Positions 30,888 through 40,748 of a DNA stretch of 64,000 nucleotides are shown here, in pieces (position 1 is the stretch's first letter; each line of letters starts with the position of its first letter). The stretch is from Bacteroidota bacterium (GTDB lineage: Bacteria; Bacteroidota; Ignavibacteria; UBA10030; BY39). The stretch is taken from contig JASEGV010000004.1 of assembly GCA_030017895.1 (NCBI GenBank), positions 8,547-72,546 on the forward strand, in the 5' to 3' direction. The position numbers were made by a program, and so were the translations under genes. Under the pieces are notes generated by a model. It saw only the letters and a program-made list of their open reading frames with translations, ran no database searches and was not told where the DNA came from.

Positions 30888-32255
30888 ATGGATATCAAAG
30901 AAAACATTTTAAAAACAATTGGTAACACACCTATCGTAAAATTAAATAAAATTTCGAAGGGTTATAAACCACAAATTTTTCTTAAGTTAGAATTCTTTAA
31001 TCCCGGCGGTTCTGTGAAAGACAGAATCGGAATTGAGATAATAGAGGATGCAGAGCGTGATGGCAGGCTTCGACCAGGTGGAACAATCGTTGAAGCTACA
31101 TCGGGTAATACTGGTGTTGGACTTGCACTTGCAGCAGCCGTTAAAAATTATAAGTGTATCTTTACAATCCCTGACAAAATGAGTAACGAGAAAGTTCAAT
31201 TATTGCGGGCTTTTGGCGCCGAAGTAATTATTACTCCAACCGCAGTCGCTCACGAATCACCCGAAAGTTATACAGAAGTAGCAAAACGTATCGTTCGCGA
31301 AACTCCGAATTCAATTTTAGCAAACCAATTTTACAATCAAAAAAATCCTGAAGCACATTACAAAACAACAGGACCGGAAATATGGGAACAGACCGACGGG
31401 CAAATCGATTACTTTGTCGCTGGGGTAGGAACAGGGGGTACAATCAGTGGAGTTGGGAAATATTTAAAAGAGAAAAATCCAAAAATAAAAAACATCGTTG
31501 CCGATCCAACCGGATCGATATTGAGGGATTTTCTGGAAACAAAAAAAAATCCGGATACCTTTAAACCATACAAGGTTGAAGGGATTGGTTTGGACTGGAT
31601 TCCGGGAACGTTGCATCTCGATTATGTTGATGAAGTAATCGAGGTAACGGATAAAGAAGCTTTTACAATTGGAAGACGTTTAGCTCGTGAGGAAGGAATC
31701 TTTTCTGGCGGGTCTTCTGGAACTGCATTAGCTGCTGCACTAAAAATCGCAGAACGCCTGAACGAAAAACAAATAATTGTCGTCCTTATACCCGATACCG
31801 GCGAGCGTTATCTCAGCAAAATGTACAACGACAACTGGATGCGCGAGCACAGTTTCCTGATTCCCGAAAAAGTTACAATGCGCTATGTGATTCAAGGAAA
31901 AGCCAAAAACCTGCCACACCTGATTTCTGTCGATTCATCTGCAACTGTGCAACACGCATTTGACCTGATTAAACAATTCGATATTTCTCAGATTCCAGTA
32001 ATCGACAAAGGAAAATCGGTAGGAAGCATCGACGATGGCGATTTAATGTCGGCAGTTCTCGAAAATTCGACTCTCCTCGATAAACCTGTTAGCCAAATTA
32101 TGAAACCGACATACCCGATCATCGGAATCGAAGCGCCCATTGAACACGCAGTCGAATTATTAACAAAGAAGAACTCAGCAGTCATCATTGAAGAGAATAA
32201 AAAAATCGCTGGCATCGTTACCCGTTATGATGTGATTGAATATATGTCGAGATAA
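30888..32255 (+). CDS. Cystathionine beta-synthase (PLP fold-type II domain + tandem CBS domains)
   Basis: PLP-lysine region NPGGSVKDR and the glycine loop GVGTGGTISG. The C-terminal ~130 aa form two CBS repeats. Confidence 0.85.
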   Translation: MDIKENILKTIGNTPIVKLNKISKGYKPQIFLKLEFFNPGGSVKDRIGIEIIEDAERDGRLRPGGTIVEATSGNTGVGLALAAAVKNYKCIFTIPDKMSNEKVQLLRAFGAEVIITPTAVAHESPESYTEVAKRIVRETPNSILANQFYNQKNPEAHYKTTGPEIWEQTDGQIDYFVAGVGTGGTISGVGKYLKEKNPKIKNIVADPTGSILRDFLETKKNPDTFKPYKVEGIGLDWIPGTLHLDYVDEVIEVTDKEAFTIGRRLAREEGIFSGGSSGTALAAALKIAERLNEKQIIVVLIPDTGERYLSKMYNDNWMREHSFLIPEKVTMRYVIQGKAKNLPHLISVDSSATVQHAFDLIKQFDISQIPVIDKGKSVGSIDDGDLMSAVLENSTLLDKPVSQIMKPTYPIIGIEAPIEHAVELLTKKNSAVIIEENKKIAGIVTRYDVIEYMSR

Positions 32256-33376
32256 TGGACCTGTTCACTCTTATATTATTTTTATTAGGACTCGTATTAT
32301 TAATAATCGGAGCCGATCTATTAGTAAGAGGCGCATCGAGGATTGCAACACTAGTTGGAGTTTCACCTCTTGTAATCGGTTTAACTGTTGTTGCTTACGG
32401 AACAAGCGCCCCCGAACTTGCCGTTGGCATTCACTCTGCTTACATCGACCGGCCAGATCTCATTCTTGGCACTGTCATAGGTAGCAACATATTTAATATA
32501 CTTCTGATATTAGGCATCTCGGCTATAATTACTCCTCTTATAGTCAAGCAACAATTGATTAAAATCGATGTCCCACTAATGATAGGAATTTCTGTTTTAG
32601 CTTGGATACTCTCATTAGACGGGAAGATCAACCGAACAGATGGTATTATATTATTTTTTATCGTTATCGTTTACACAGTATTTTCTATACGCCAAAGTCG
32701 GAAAGAAAGCAAAGCGACTAGAGAAGAGTATGAGAAGGAATTCGGAATAGAAAAAAACAAAAAACAAAGTCCGCTTATTCTTCAAATATTTTTAATTCTA
32801 TTTGGAGGAGCTCTTCTGATTTTAGGATCGAACTTTCTTGTAGAGGGTGCAGTAGAGTTGGCAAAATATTTTGGTATAAGTGAATTAGTAATTGGTTTAA
32901 CTATAGTTGCGGCGGGCACATCCTTACCGGAAGTGGCTACATCCGTAGTTGCGGCAATAAAGGGCGAAAAAGATATAGCTGTAGGTAACGTCGTTGGCAG
33001 CAACATCTTCAACATTCTATCCGTTCTTGGGCTGACAAGTATAGTCGCACCTAACGGAATTTCAGTTTCACCCGCCGCATTAAATTTTGATATACCTATA
33101 ATGATAGCAGTTGCCATAGCTTGTCTGCCAATATTTTTTACAGGCAACTCTATTTCACGATGGGAAGGTGCTGTATTCTTTGGCTATTATATCGCCTATA
33201 TTTTATACTTAATCCTGGAAGCAACCCAACACGATATGCTGTGGGCTTTCAGTGATGTGATGTTGTTTTTTATTATCCCAATCACTGCCATTACACTCGT
33301 CATTGTTAGTTACAGAGAATTAAAGAGAAAAATTAAAATTTCAATAAACGAAAGGGAAATATGGAAAAGAAAGTAG
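32255..33376 (+). CDS. CaCA family calcium/sodium antiporter (YrbG-like)
   Basis: Two alpha-repeats: GLTVVAYGTSAPEL..GSNIFN and GLTIVAAGTSLPEV..GSNIFN. About 10 TM segments. Confidence 0.85.
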   Translation: MDLFTLILFLLGLVLLIIGADLLVRGASRIATLVGVSPLVIGLTVVAYGTSAPELAVGIHSAYIDRPDLILGTVIGSNIFNILLILGISAIITPLIVKQQLIKIDVPLMIGISVLAWILSLDGKINRTDGIILFFIVIVYTVFSIRQSRKESKATREEYEKEFGIEKNKKQSPLILQIFLILFGGALLILGSNFLVEGAVELAKYFGISELVIGLTIVAAGTSLPEVATSVVAAIKGEKDIAVGNVVGSNIFNILSVLGLTSIVAPNGISVSPAALNFDIPIMIAVAIACLPIFFTGNSISRWEGAVFFGYYIAYILYLILEATQHDMLWAFSDVMLFFIIPITAITLVIVSYRELKRKIKISINEREIWKRK

Positions 33377-34506
33377 GATTTTCAACGAAAGCAATCCACG
33401 CCGGTCAGGAACCCGACCCAACAACCGGCGCCGTGATGACACCCGTTTATTTAACATCAACTTATGTGCAGGAAGAATTAGGTAAACACAAAGGTTACGA
33501 GTACTCGCGCGTCTCAAATCCAACACGAACTGCCCTCGAGCAAAACATTGCTGCACTCGAAAACGGGGCTGAGGGAATGGCTTTCGGCTCAGGTATGGTT
33601 GCCATTGATTCGATATTTAGACTTTTAAAGATGGGCGATCATGTAATTGTTTCGCATAATGTTTATGGCGGCACTTACAGAATCGCAAAAACGATATGGG
33701 AAGATTGGCGGCTTGAATTCGACTTTGTTGATACTACAGATCTTACAAATGTAAAAAAGGCGTTAAAGCAAAATACAAAAATGATTTTTATCGAAACTCC
33801 CACTAATCCGACGATGGAAATTACCGATATTGCTGCAATTGCAAAATTAGCCAAAACCGAAGGTGTACTTTCTGTTGTAGATAATACTTTTGCAACACCA
33901 TATTTACAGCAGCCGCTAAATTACGGAATCGATATCGTGATGCACAGTCTTACTAAATATCTCAACGGACACAGCGATATGATTGGCGGGATAGTAGTAA
34001 CAAGCAACAAAAAAATTGCAGAACGTTTACGCTTCTTCCAAAAAGCTATTGGCGGAATTCTAAGTCCGTTCGATTCGTGGTTGTGCTTGCGCGGAACTAA
34101 AACACTTGCAGTCAGAATGGAACATCACGGTAAAGCCGCTATGCAAGTTGCGCAATGGTTGGCAAAACAGAAACAGGTTAAGCAAGTTTATTATCCCGGA
34201 CTCCCCTCGCATCCTCAATACAATTTAGCGAAGAAGCAGATGAAAAATTTTGGAGGAATGATTGCCTTCGATTTAGGAAGTTTAGATGCTGCGAAAAAAT
34301 TTTTGAAGAAAGTTCGTGTATGTGCACTTGCCGAAAGTTTAGGCGGAGTCGAATCTCTTATTTCTCACCCTGCTTCAATGACTCATGCATCCATCCCACC
34401 CGAACAGCGCAAGAAGATCGGCGTAACTGATGGCTTGGTTAGAATTTCAGTGGGACTTGAAGACGTGAATGATATCATTGAAGATTTGAAAAATGCGATG
34501 AAGTAG
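33361..34506 (+). CDS. Cystathionine gamma-lyase / gamma-synthase family PLP enzyme
   Basis: Cys/Met-metabolism PLP family: STKAIHAG...TPVYLTSTY, PLP-lysine motif HSLTKYLNGHSD, and C-terminal LVRISVGLED. Confidence 0.85.
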   Translation: MEKKVGFSTKAIHAGQEPDPTTGAVMTPVYLTSTYVQEELGKHKGYEYSRVSNPTRTALEQNIAALENGAEGMAFGSGMVAIDSIFRLLKMGDHVIVSHNVYGGTYRIAKTIWEDWRLEFDFVDTTDLTNVKKALKQNTKMIFIETPTNPTMEITDIAAIAKLAKTEGVLSVVDNTFATPYLQQPLNYGIDIVMHSLTKYLNGHSDMIGGIVVTSNKKIAERLRFFQKAIGGILSPFDSWLCLRGTKTLAVRMEHHGKAAMQVAQWLAKQKQVKQVYYPGLPSHPQYNLAKKQMKNFGGMIAFDLGSLDAAKKFLKKVRVCALAESLGGVESLISHPASMTHASIPPEQRKKIGVTDGLVRISVGLEDVNDIIEDLKNAMK

Positions 34507-34633
34507 ATTTGATTTTAGATTGTGGATTGTAGATTCAATTACGAGTCCGTAGGAGCAGAAACGGTTCGTAGAACAATCCCGTAGGACAACCCTTCGAGAA
34601 TTTGAAATTACAGACCCCTGCCGAAATGTCATC
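34507..34633. repeat. Post-stop low-complexity element plus three CGTAGRA motifs
   Basis: ATTTGATTTTAGATTGTGGATTGTAGATTC (34507-34536), followed by CGTAGGA (34548), CGTAGAA (34567) and CGTAGGA (34580). The 61-aa minus ORF in the track here is just a translation of this element. Confidence 0.4.
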
Positions 34634-34727
34634 TAATTATTTTATCTGTTTGTTTAAACAGGATTTCGATTTGTCTTTTTGTCAGTCAATGTGTATATTT
34701 GATTTGAAATTTTTAAAAAATCTCTAA

Positions 34728-36095
34728 ATGATAGGAAAAAAGGCTTATATCGAAACATACGGCTGCCAGATGAATGTAGCCGATTCAGAAGTTGTTCTTA
34801 GCATCTTAAAAAAAGAAGGATACGAAATAACCGAAGATATATCATCGGCGGATGTTATTTTAGTAAACACATGCAGCGTCCGCGAAAATGCAGAAGAGCG
34901 TATTATCGGAAGGCTCGGTGAATTCAAACGCCACAAAACAAATAACCCCGATGTAGTGGTTGGTGTTTTAGGATGCATGGCTGAAAAGTTTCGCACTAAA
35001 TTATTCACAGACGAAAAATTTAATTTCAACAACTATAGCATCACCGATATTGTAGTCGGACCCGATGAATACCGCAAGTTACCCGATTTAGTCAGCAGAG
35101 CTTGGCATGGTGAAAAAGGTATTGCCGTTAAACTCTCGCGAGTTGAAAACTACGACGACATTGCTCCGCTGCGAAAAAGCGGAATCAGTGCGTGGATTTC
35201 CGTGATGCGTGGCTGCGATAAATTTTGTTCGTTCTGCGTCGTCCCTTTCACACGAGGCAGAGAGCGAAGCCGACCGCTGCAAAACATTATCAGCGAAGTA
35301 GAAAACCTCGCCCGCACCGGTTACAAAGAAATTACTCTGTTAGGACAAAATGTTAACTCATACTCCGACGGCAGTTTCGATTTTGCAGACTTGATACAAA
35401 ATACATCGCAAGTAGATAGAAATATCCGGATTCTTTTTACAACATCTCATCCACAGGATATGTCCGACAAGCTTATAGACACAATCGCGAATGAACCGAA
35501 CATTGCCAAATATATTCATCTACCTGTTCAATCGGGGTCGGATAGAATTTTAAATTTAATGAATCGCAATCACGACTCCGACTACTACTATAAACTAATC
35601 AGCAAAATTAAAAATCGCATACCTCAAGTGTCGCTTTCCACAGATATTATTGCCGGATATCCAAGCGAGACGGAAGCCGATCATCAACGGACAATCGAAC
35701 TTTTAAAAGAAGTAAAATTTGACGGGGCGTTTATGTTCGCATATTCACCTCGCGAAAATACAAAAGCTTTCTCGGTGTCTGATGATGTTCCGCAGGAAGA
35801 AAAAATCCGCCGCTTGAACGAAATTATCGAACTGCAAAATAAAATTTCTTTGACTAACAATACACAGTTAATCGGTCAGAAGGTCAAAGTACTTATCGAA
35901 GATTACAGCAAAAAAACAAAAGACGAATTAAAAGGCAGAACCGACAGAAATAAAAAAGTAGTTTTCCCAAAAAACGGGCACGACATCGGCGAATATACAG
36001 AAGTGCAAATCTCCCATGTCAGTTCAGCCACTCTGTTTGGAAATCAGCCTATCGCCCACCTACGGAATGGGCAGGGTCGTGCAGGCAAAATTTAA
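34728..36095 (+). CDS. miaB: tRNA-2-methylthio-N6-dimethylallyladenosine synthase
   Basis: N-terminal UPF0004 cysteines (YGCQMN..NTCSVRE..GCM), radical-SAM CDKFCSFC, and a C-terminal TRAM domain. Confidence 0.95.
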   Translation: MIGKKAYIETYGCQMNVADSEVVLSILKKEGYEITEDISSADVILVNTCSVRENAEERIIGRLGEFKRHKTNNPDVVVGVLGCMAEKFRTKLFTDEKFNFNNYSITDIVVGPDEYRKLPDLVSRAWHGEKGIAVKLSRVENYDDIAPLRKSGISAWISVMRGCDKFCSFCVVPFTRGRERSRPLQNIISEVENLARTGYKEITLLGQNVNSYSDGSFDFADLIQNTSQVDRNIRILFTTSHPQDMSDKLIDTIANEPNIAKYIHLPVQSGSDRILNLMNRNHDSDYYYKLISKIKNRIPQVSLSTDIIAGYPSETEADHQRTIELLKEVKFDGAFMFAYSPRENTKAFSVSDDVPQEEKIRRLNEIIELQNKISLTNNTQLIGQKVKVLIEDYSKKTKDELKGRTDRNKKVVFPKNGHDIGEYTEVQISHVSSATLFGNQPIAHLRNGQGRAGKI

Positions 36096-36117
36096 TTAAT
36101 AATTTCTGGAGACTTAA

Positions 36118-36861
36118 ATGAAAAATTTAGTGAAAATAATTATTATGAGTCTGGTCTTGGGTTCACAGATGGGCTTCTCACAGTCAGTTGACGAACAGGT
36201 ATTAAAATTTATTAAACTTATTGAGCAGGGCGAAACCGACCGCGTATTAACAGAATCGGCATCGTTAATTTCCTCATCAATAAACCATCCGGGTGTTTTG
36301 TACTTGCAGGGGCGGTTAGCAGAGGATGGCACCGAAGCAGTAAAGTTGTATCAGACAATTTTAGATAATTTTCCGAAAAGCGATTGGGCTGACGATGCAC
36401 TTTACAACACTTATCAATACTACTATGCGGTTGGCTTATATCGCACCGCCGAATTAAAACTTGCTCAATTACGGAAAAATTATCCTGATTCGCCTTATTT
36501 ATCTGGGAAGTCGTCGGATAAGATTTCGGAACCTGCGAAAGCTACAATACCAACTCCTGCTGCTCAACCGGCTGCAATTCCTACACTAACCGAGCCCAAA
36601 CAAACTCCTGCCGAAACCATTTTAGTGAGGACTTACACAATCCAGGTAGGCGCTTTTTCAACTTTGGAGAATGCTGAAAAGTTGAGATCATATTTCATTA
36701 ATTTAAATTATGATGTGGAAATTGCAAACAGAGTGAGAGCCGGGAAGAAACTTTTCTTAGTGTGGGTCGGAATTTTTCAAACGGTAGAAGAGGCAGTAAA
36801 ACTTGCCTTCGACATCAAACAAAAATATAACATCGAAGCAATCACTGTACAAAGATATTGA
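36118..36861 (+). CDS. TPR-like + SPOR domain protein
   Basis: Signal peptide, a YbgF-like TPR segment, a proline-rich linker, and a C-terminal SPOR fold ([17 protein letters not shown]...[13 protein letters not shown]). Confidence 0.7.
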   Translation: MKNLVKIIIMSLVLGSQMGFSQSVDEQVLKFIKLIEQGETDRVLTESASLISSSINHPGVLYLQGRLAEDGTEAVKLYQTILDNFPKSDWADDALYNTYQYYYAVGLYRTAELKLAQLRKNYPDSPYLSGKSSDKISEPAKATIPTPAAQPAAIPTLTEPKQTPAETILVRTYTIQVGAFSTLENAEKLRSYFINLNYDVEIANRVRAGKKLFLVWVGIFQTVEEAVKLAFDIKQKYNIEAITVQRY

Positions 36862-38000
36862 ACGAAGAATTCAAAAATACATTAGGCATCATCGGCAATT
36901 CGTTTGCGATACAAGAGATTAAACACATCATAAAGCAGGTTGCACCAACCGAGATTACAGTTTTAATCACAGGTGAAAGCGGCGTCGGTAAAGAAGTAAT
37001 TGCAAAAGCACTGCATACTTCAAGTTTGCGTTCACACAAACCTATGATTACTGTAAATTGCGGCGCAATTCCCGAAGGTATTATCGAGAGCGAATTATTC
37101 GGACACGAAAAAGGATCGTTCACAGGAGCCGGAGAAACGAGAAAAGGTTATTTTGAAATTGCTGATGGCGGGACAATTTTTTTAGACGAGATTGGCGAAC
37201 TTCCATTAAGTACTCAGGCAAAATTTCTGAGAGTTCTTGAGAACGGCGAATTCATGCGCGTCGGCTCGAATATTACACGCAAGGTAGATGTTCGGATTAT
37301 TGCTGCTACGAACCAGAATTTAGAAAATGGCGTTCGGGAAAACGGTTTCCGAAAAGACTTGTACTTCCGATTGCGTTCGATAAATATAAGCATCCCTCCT
37401 TTAAGAGACCGTAAGCAAGATATTCCTCTTTTTATAGAATATTTTATTAAGAATTTCGCTGAACGAAATAACATACACATCGAAGGTTTTTCGAAGGATG
37501 CGATTGAAGTTTTGATAAACTACCGCTGGGATGGAAACGTGCGAGAGCTTAAAAACACAATTGAAAGTTTGTTCGTGATCAATAAAGGAAATCTCATTGA
37601 AGCCGATGACGTACGGAAACAACTTAACACCTATCAAGATTATCAAATCGAATTTGTACAACCACAACGGAACTTGCCGGTACACACACATAAAACATCC
37701 GAACAAGTCGAACGGGAGCTGATTTACCGTGCCTTACTCGAAATTAAAAACGACGTTGTAGATATTAAACAGTTTATCAACAATTATGCTGAATCCAAAC
37801 CCACTGTTCCTGAATCATATTTAGAAACGAACAACTCATCCTATGGCGAAGACCTCACATTGGATGAAATGGATAAACGATATATCATTAAAATATTGCA
37901 AAAATATCACGGAAACCGTCGTTTGGCTGCAAAGAAACTTAACATCAGCGAACGAACATTATACAGAAAAATTCATGAATTTGGTCTTAATGGTAAATAA
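36858..38000 (+). CDS. Sigma-54-dependent transcriptional activator lacking any N-terminal sensor domain
   Basis: Walker A GESGVGKE at about residue 40, GAFTGA-type loop GSFTGA, Walker B LFLDEI, and C-terminal Fis-type HTH ([12 protein letters not shown]). The TTG start overlaps the upstream stop. Confidence 0.85.
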   Translation: MNEEFKNTLGIIGNSFAIQEIKHIIKQVAPTEITVLITGESGVGKEVIAKALHTSSLRSHKPMITVNCGAIPEGIIESELFGHEKGSFTGAGETRKGYFEIADGGTIFLDEIGELPLSTQAKFLRVLENGEFMRVGSNITRKVDVRIIAATNQNLENGVRENGFRKDLYFRLRSINISIPPLRDRKQDIPLFIEYFIKNFAERNNIHIEGFSKDAIEVLINYRWDGNVRELKNTIESLFVINKGNLIEADDVRKQLNTYQDYQIEFVQPQRNLPVHTHKTSEQVERELIYRALLEIKNDVVDIKQFINNYAESKPTVPESYLETNNSSYGEDLTLDEMDKRYIIKILQKYHGNRRLAAKKLNISERTLYRKIHEFGLNGK

Positions 38001-38502
38001 TTTAAGAAATATTGTAATCGCCTTGATTCTGGTTATTATTTTTAACTTTCTATCCGGATGTTATTCGTTCAAAGGTGGGTCGGTTCCGCCGCATTTAAAA
38101 TCGATAGCTATTCCCCTTTTCGACGACCAAAGCGGTTTCGGCGAGGCAGGTTTACGTGAAGATTTTACAAACAAAACGATCGAAAAATTTATACAAGATA
38201 ACAGTTTCGAATTAACCGAAACCCGTGTATCGGATTCAATGTTAGAATGCACTATAATTACAGTTCAAAATAATCCCTCGGTAATTGCAGCAGGCGAAAC
38301 AGTAACTTTATGGAAAATTACTATCACTGTTAAAGCGGTGTTTACTGATATGAAATTAAAACGGATAATCTATGATAAGCAGATTTCAAACTGGACTGAA
38401 TACGATGCTACAACAGGACCAGAAGCTCGACAGTCGGCTATACAATCGACTATTGATAAATTAACAGAAGATATTTTACTTGAAACAGTAGCAAACTGGT
38501 AA
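37990..38502 (+). CDS. lptE: LptE-like LPS-assembly lipoprotein
   Basis: Lipobox FLSGC followed by [24 protein letters not shown], as in Bacteroidota LptE-family proteins. Start set to ATG 37990, which lies 11 nt inside the end of the activator gene. Confidence 0.55.
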   Translation: MVNNLRNIVIALILVIIFNFLSGCYSFKGGSVPPHLKSIAIPLFDDQSGFGEAGLREDFTNKTIEKFIQDNSFELTETRVSDSMLECTIITVQNNPSVIAAGETVTLWKITITVKAVFTDMKLKRIIYDKQISNWTEYDATTGPEARQSAIQSTIDKLTEDILLETVANW

Positions 38503-38537
38503 ACAACACTAACATTTAAAGGATTTAAAAAGTACAA

Positions 38538-40061
38538 ATGGCTGATTTTATAATGGTTTCATATTTCTTATCACTCACTTTATTATTTATGTTTGGTTCG
38601 AGTGGTTTTGTAATGATATATCAATATTTAAAACACAAAAACAAATTGGAAGACAAACTTCCCGAACTGAACGAGTTCCCTTTTGTTACAATTCAATTAC
38701 CCCTTTACAACGAGCGATACGTTGCAGAACGGGTTATCGAAGCAACTTGTAACATGGCTTACCTCCCCGAAAATTTTGAAATCCAGGTCCTCGACGATTC
38801 AACCGATGACACTGTTGCTGTTGTTGCTGCCGTTGTTAATAAATTCCAGGCAAAGGGTTTTAATATCCAACATATCCACAGAAAAAACAGGCAGGGATAC
38901 AAAGCTGGCGCTTTAAAAGAAGGTTTAGCAGTTGCCCGCGGTGAATACGTTGCAATATTCGATGCCGACTTTATTCCGAAACCTGATTTTCTTTTGAAAA
39001 CACTCCCCTACTTCTTGAACGATCCTAAAATCGGGATGGTGCAAACGCGTTGGGAACACTTGAATAGCGACTACTCAATGCTGACGCGCGTACAAGCAAT
39101 GGCATTAGACGGACATTTCGTAATCGAACAGAATGTTCGAAACAAAGCTGGTTTTTTCATAAATTTTAACGGAACCGGGGGTATTTGGCGGAAAGAATGT
39201 ATCATCGATGCAGGTAACTGGGAAGCAGATACATTAACCGAAGATTTAGATTTAAGTTACCGCGCACAACTTAAGGGTTGGAAATTTAAGTTTCTAAAAA
39301 ATGTAACTTCACCCGCTGAGTTACCATCCGAAATCAATGCATTAAAATCGCAGCAATTCAGATGGACAAAGGGCGCTATCGAGACAGGCAAGAAAATTTT
39401 ACCAAAAGTCTGGAAATCGGATTTGCCTCTGTCAAAAAAAATACATTCTTTTTTTCATCTTAGTAGCAATATTGTTTACCCGTTCATAATGTTGGCTGGC
39501 ATTTTAAATGTTCCTCTAATCTTCATTAAACATCAGGGTGGTTACGAAAATTATTTCGCGATTATGGCGCTTTTTGTGTTTGCATTTTTAAGTTCATTCT
39601 TGTTTTATCTTTACTCACAAAAAGATATATATCCCGATTGGCAGCGGCGGATATTTTTATTCCCCCTATTTATGGCTGGCAGCATGGGTTTTGCAGTAAA
39701 TAATACTAAAGCTGTTATCGAAGGTTTGCTAAATAAAAAATCGGAATTTGTCCGAACTCCTAAATACCGCATCACCGACAAAAAAGAATCGTGGGCAGGC
39801 AAAAAATATACGCCGGTAAAAATCGGTTACACGGTTTTTATTGAAGCTGCTCTTGCACTCTATTGCTTCGGCGGCGTAATGATGTCTTTTTATTTTTTAG
39901 AAATTGCAGCAGTTCCGTTTCAATTGTTATTTTCGATGGGATATGGGTTAGTCGCATTTTTATCGTTGAAGCATGCCTGGCTTGCACGTAAAACTAATTT
40001 ACAAGCTCTAAAAATTAATAATGAGGTTGTCGGAATAAATCATAATATTAATGCGGAATGA
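38538..40061 (+). CDS. Processive family-2 glycosyltransferase (cellulose-synthase-like, D,D,D,QxxRW)
   Basis: Motifs DDSTDDT, FDADF, TEDLDLS and QQFRWTKG. TM segments lie at both ends. Confidence 0.85.
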   Translation: MADFIMVSYFLSLTLLFMFGSSGFVMIYQYLKHKNKLEDKLPELNEFPFVTIQLPLYNERYVAERVIEATCNMAYLPENFEIQVLDDSTDDTVAVVAAVVNKFQAKGFNIQHIHRKNRQGYKAGALKEGLAVARGEYVAIFDADFIPKPDFLLKTLPYFLNDPKIGMVQTRWEHLNSDYSMLTRVQAMALDGHFVIEQNVRNKAGFFINFNGTGGIWRKECIIDAGNWEADTLTEDLDLSYRAQLKGWKFKFLKNVTSPAELPSEINALKSQQFRWTKGAIETGKKILPKVWKSDLPLSKKIHSFFHLSSNIVYPFIMLAGILNVPLIFIKHQGGYENYFAIMALFVFAFLSSFLFYLYSQKDIYPDWQRRIFLFPLFMAGSMGFAVNNTKAVIEGLLNKKSEFVRTPKYRITDKKESWAGKKYTPVKIGYTVFIEAALALYCFGGVMMSFYFLEIAAVPFQLLFSMGYGLVAFLSLKHAWLARKTNLQALKINNEVVGINHNINAE

Positions 40062-40732
40062 ATATTTTTCAATTACAAGACCGGCTGAAACAATTTCCAT
40101 CTTCCGCTCTGGCGGTACGCCTTGCAAGTTTATATGTTGCACGATTTCGAATTGACGAGGTTTTTAAGCTTTGTATAGAATCTATCAAGCGATACCCTAA
40201 ACATTCTACCTCGTATTTGATTTTAGGAAGAGGCTATGCTGCTTTACGCCAATATGAAGCAGCAGTACTATGTGGCGAGAAAGCGCTTTCGCTGCAACCC
40301 GATTCTCCCCTCACTAAAAACTTGATTTCAAATTGGCAACAAATCATTTCAACGAATGGAGAAAAAAAACGATTAGAAGCTTTCGAGATTTTATCAGCCC
40401 CGACTATCGATGAATTACAAAAGTTATTGAAAGATGATACAGTTCAACCTGAACCAGCCATTACAAATTTTGAACCGAATTATAACATCGAACCCCCGAA
40501 AGTAGAAACATCCACAGGTGAAACTGCCCAAGATGAATTGACGAATAACGAACTCAATAGAACGTTACCGGAAATAGTGAGTGTTACGCTTGCTGATATT
40601 TACACAAAACAGGGAGAATACCTGGAAGCAATTAAAATGTACCGTGCTTTAATTATTCAGCGACCGAAGCAAAAAAATTTTTTCGAGAAAAATATTTTAA
40701 TCCTAGAAGAAAAACTTAAATTCAAGTCATAA
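40058..40732 (+). CDS. TPR repeat protein
   Basis: TPR-like helices at the N- and C-termini (..LADIYTKQGEYLEAIKMYRALI..). ATGA start/stop overlap with the GT2 gene. Confidence 0.55.
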   Translation: MNIFQLQDRLKQFPSSALAVRLASLYVARFRIDEVFKLCIESIKRYPKHSTSYLILGRGYAALRQYEAAVLCGEKALSLQPDSPLTKNLISNWQQIISTNGEKKRLEAFEILSAPTIDELQKLLKDDTVQPEPAITNFEPNYNIEPPKVETSTGETAQDELTNNELNRTLPEIVSVTLADIYTKQGEYLEAIKMYRALIIQRPKQKNFFEKNILILEEKLKFKS

Positions 40733-40748
40733 AATTATGTGAATCAAT

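Noticed and set aside
34447-34632. 61-aa minus-strand ORF downstream of the cystathionine gamma-lyase gene.
   Set aside because: It overlaps the end of the lyase gene and otherwise translates the CGTAGRA / low-complexity repeat element (..VVLRDCSTNRFCSYGLV..). This is a typical spurious call on a repeat.
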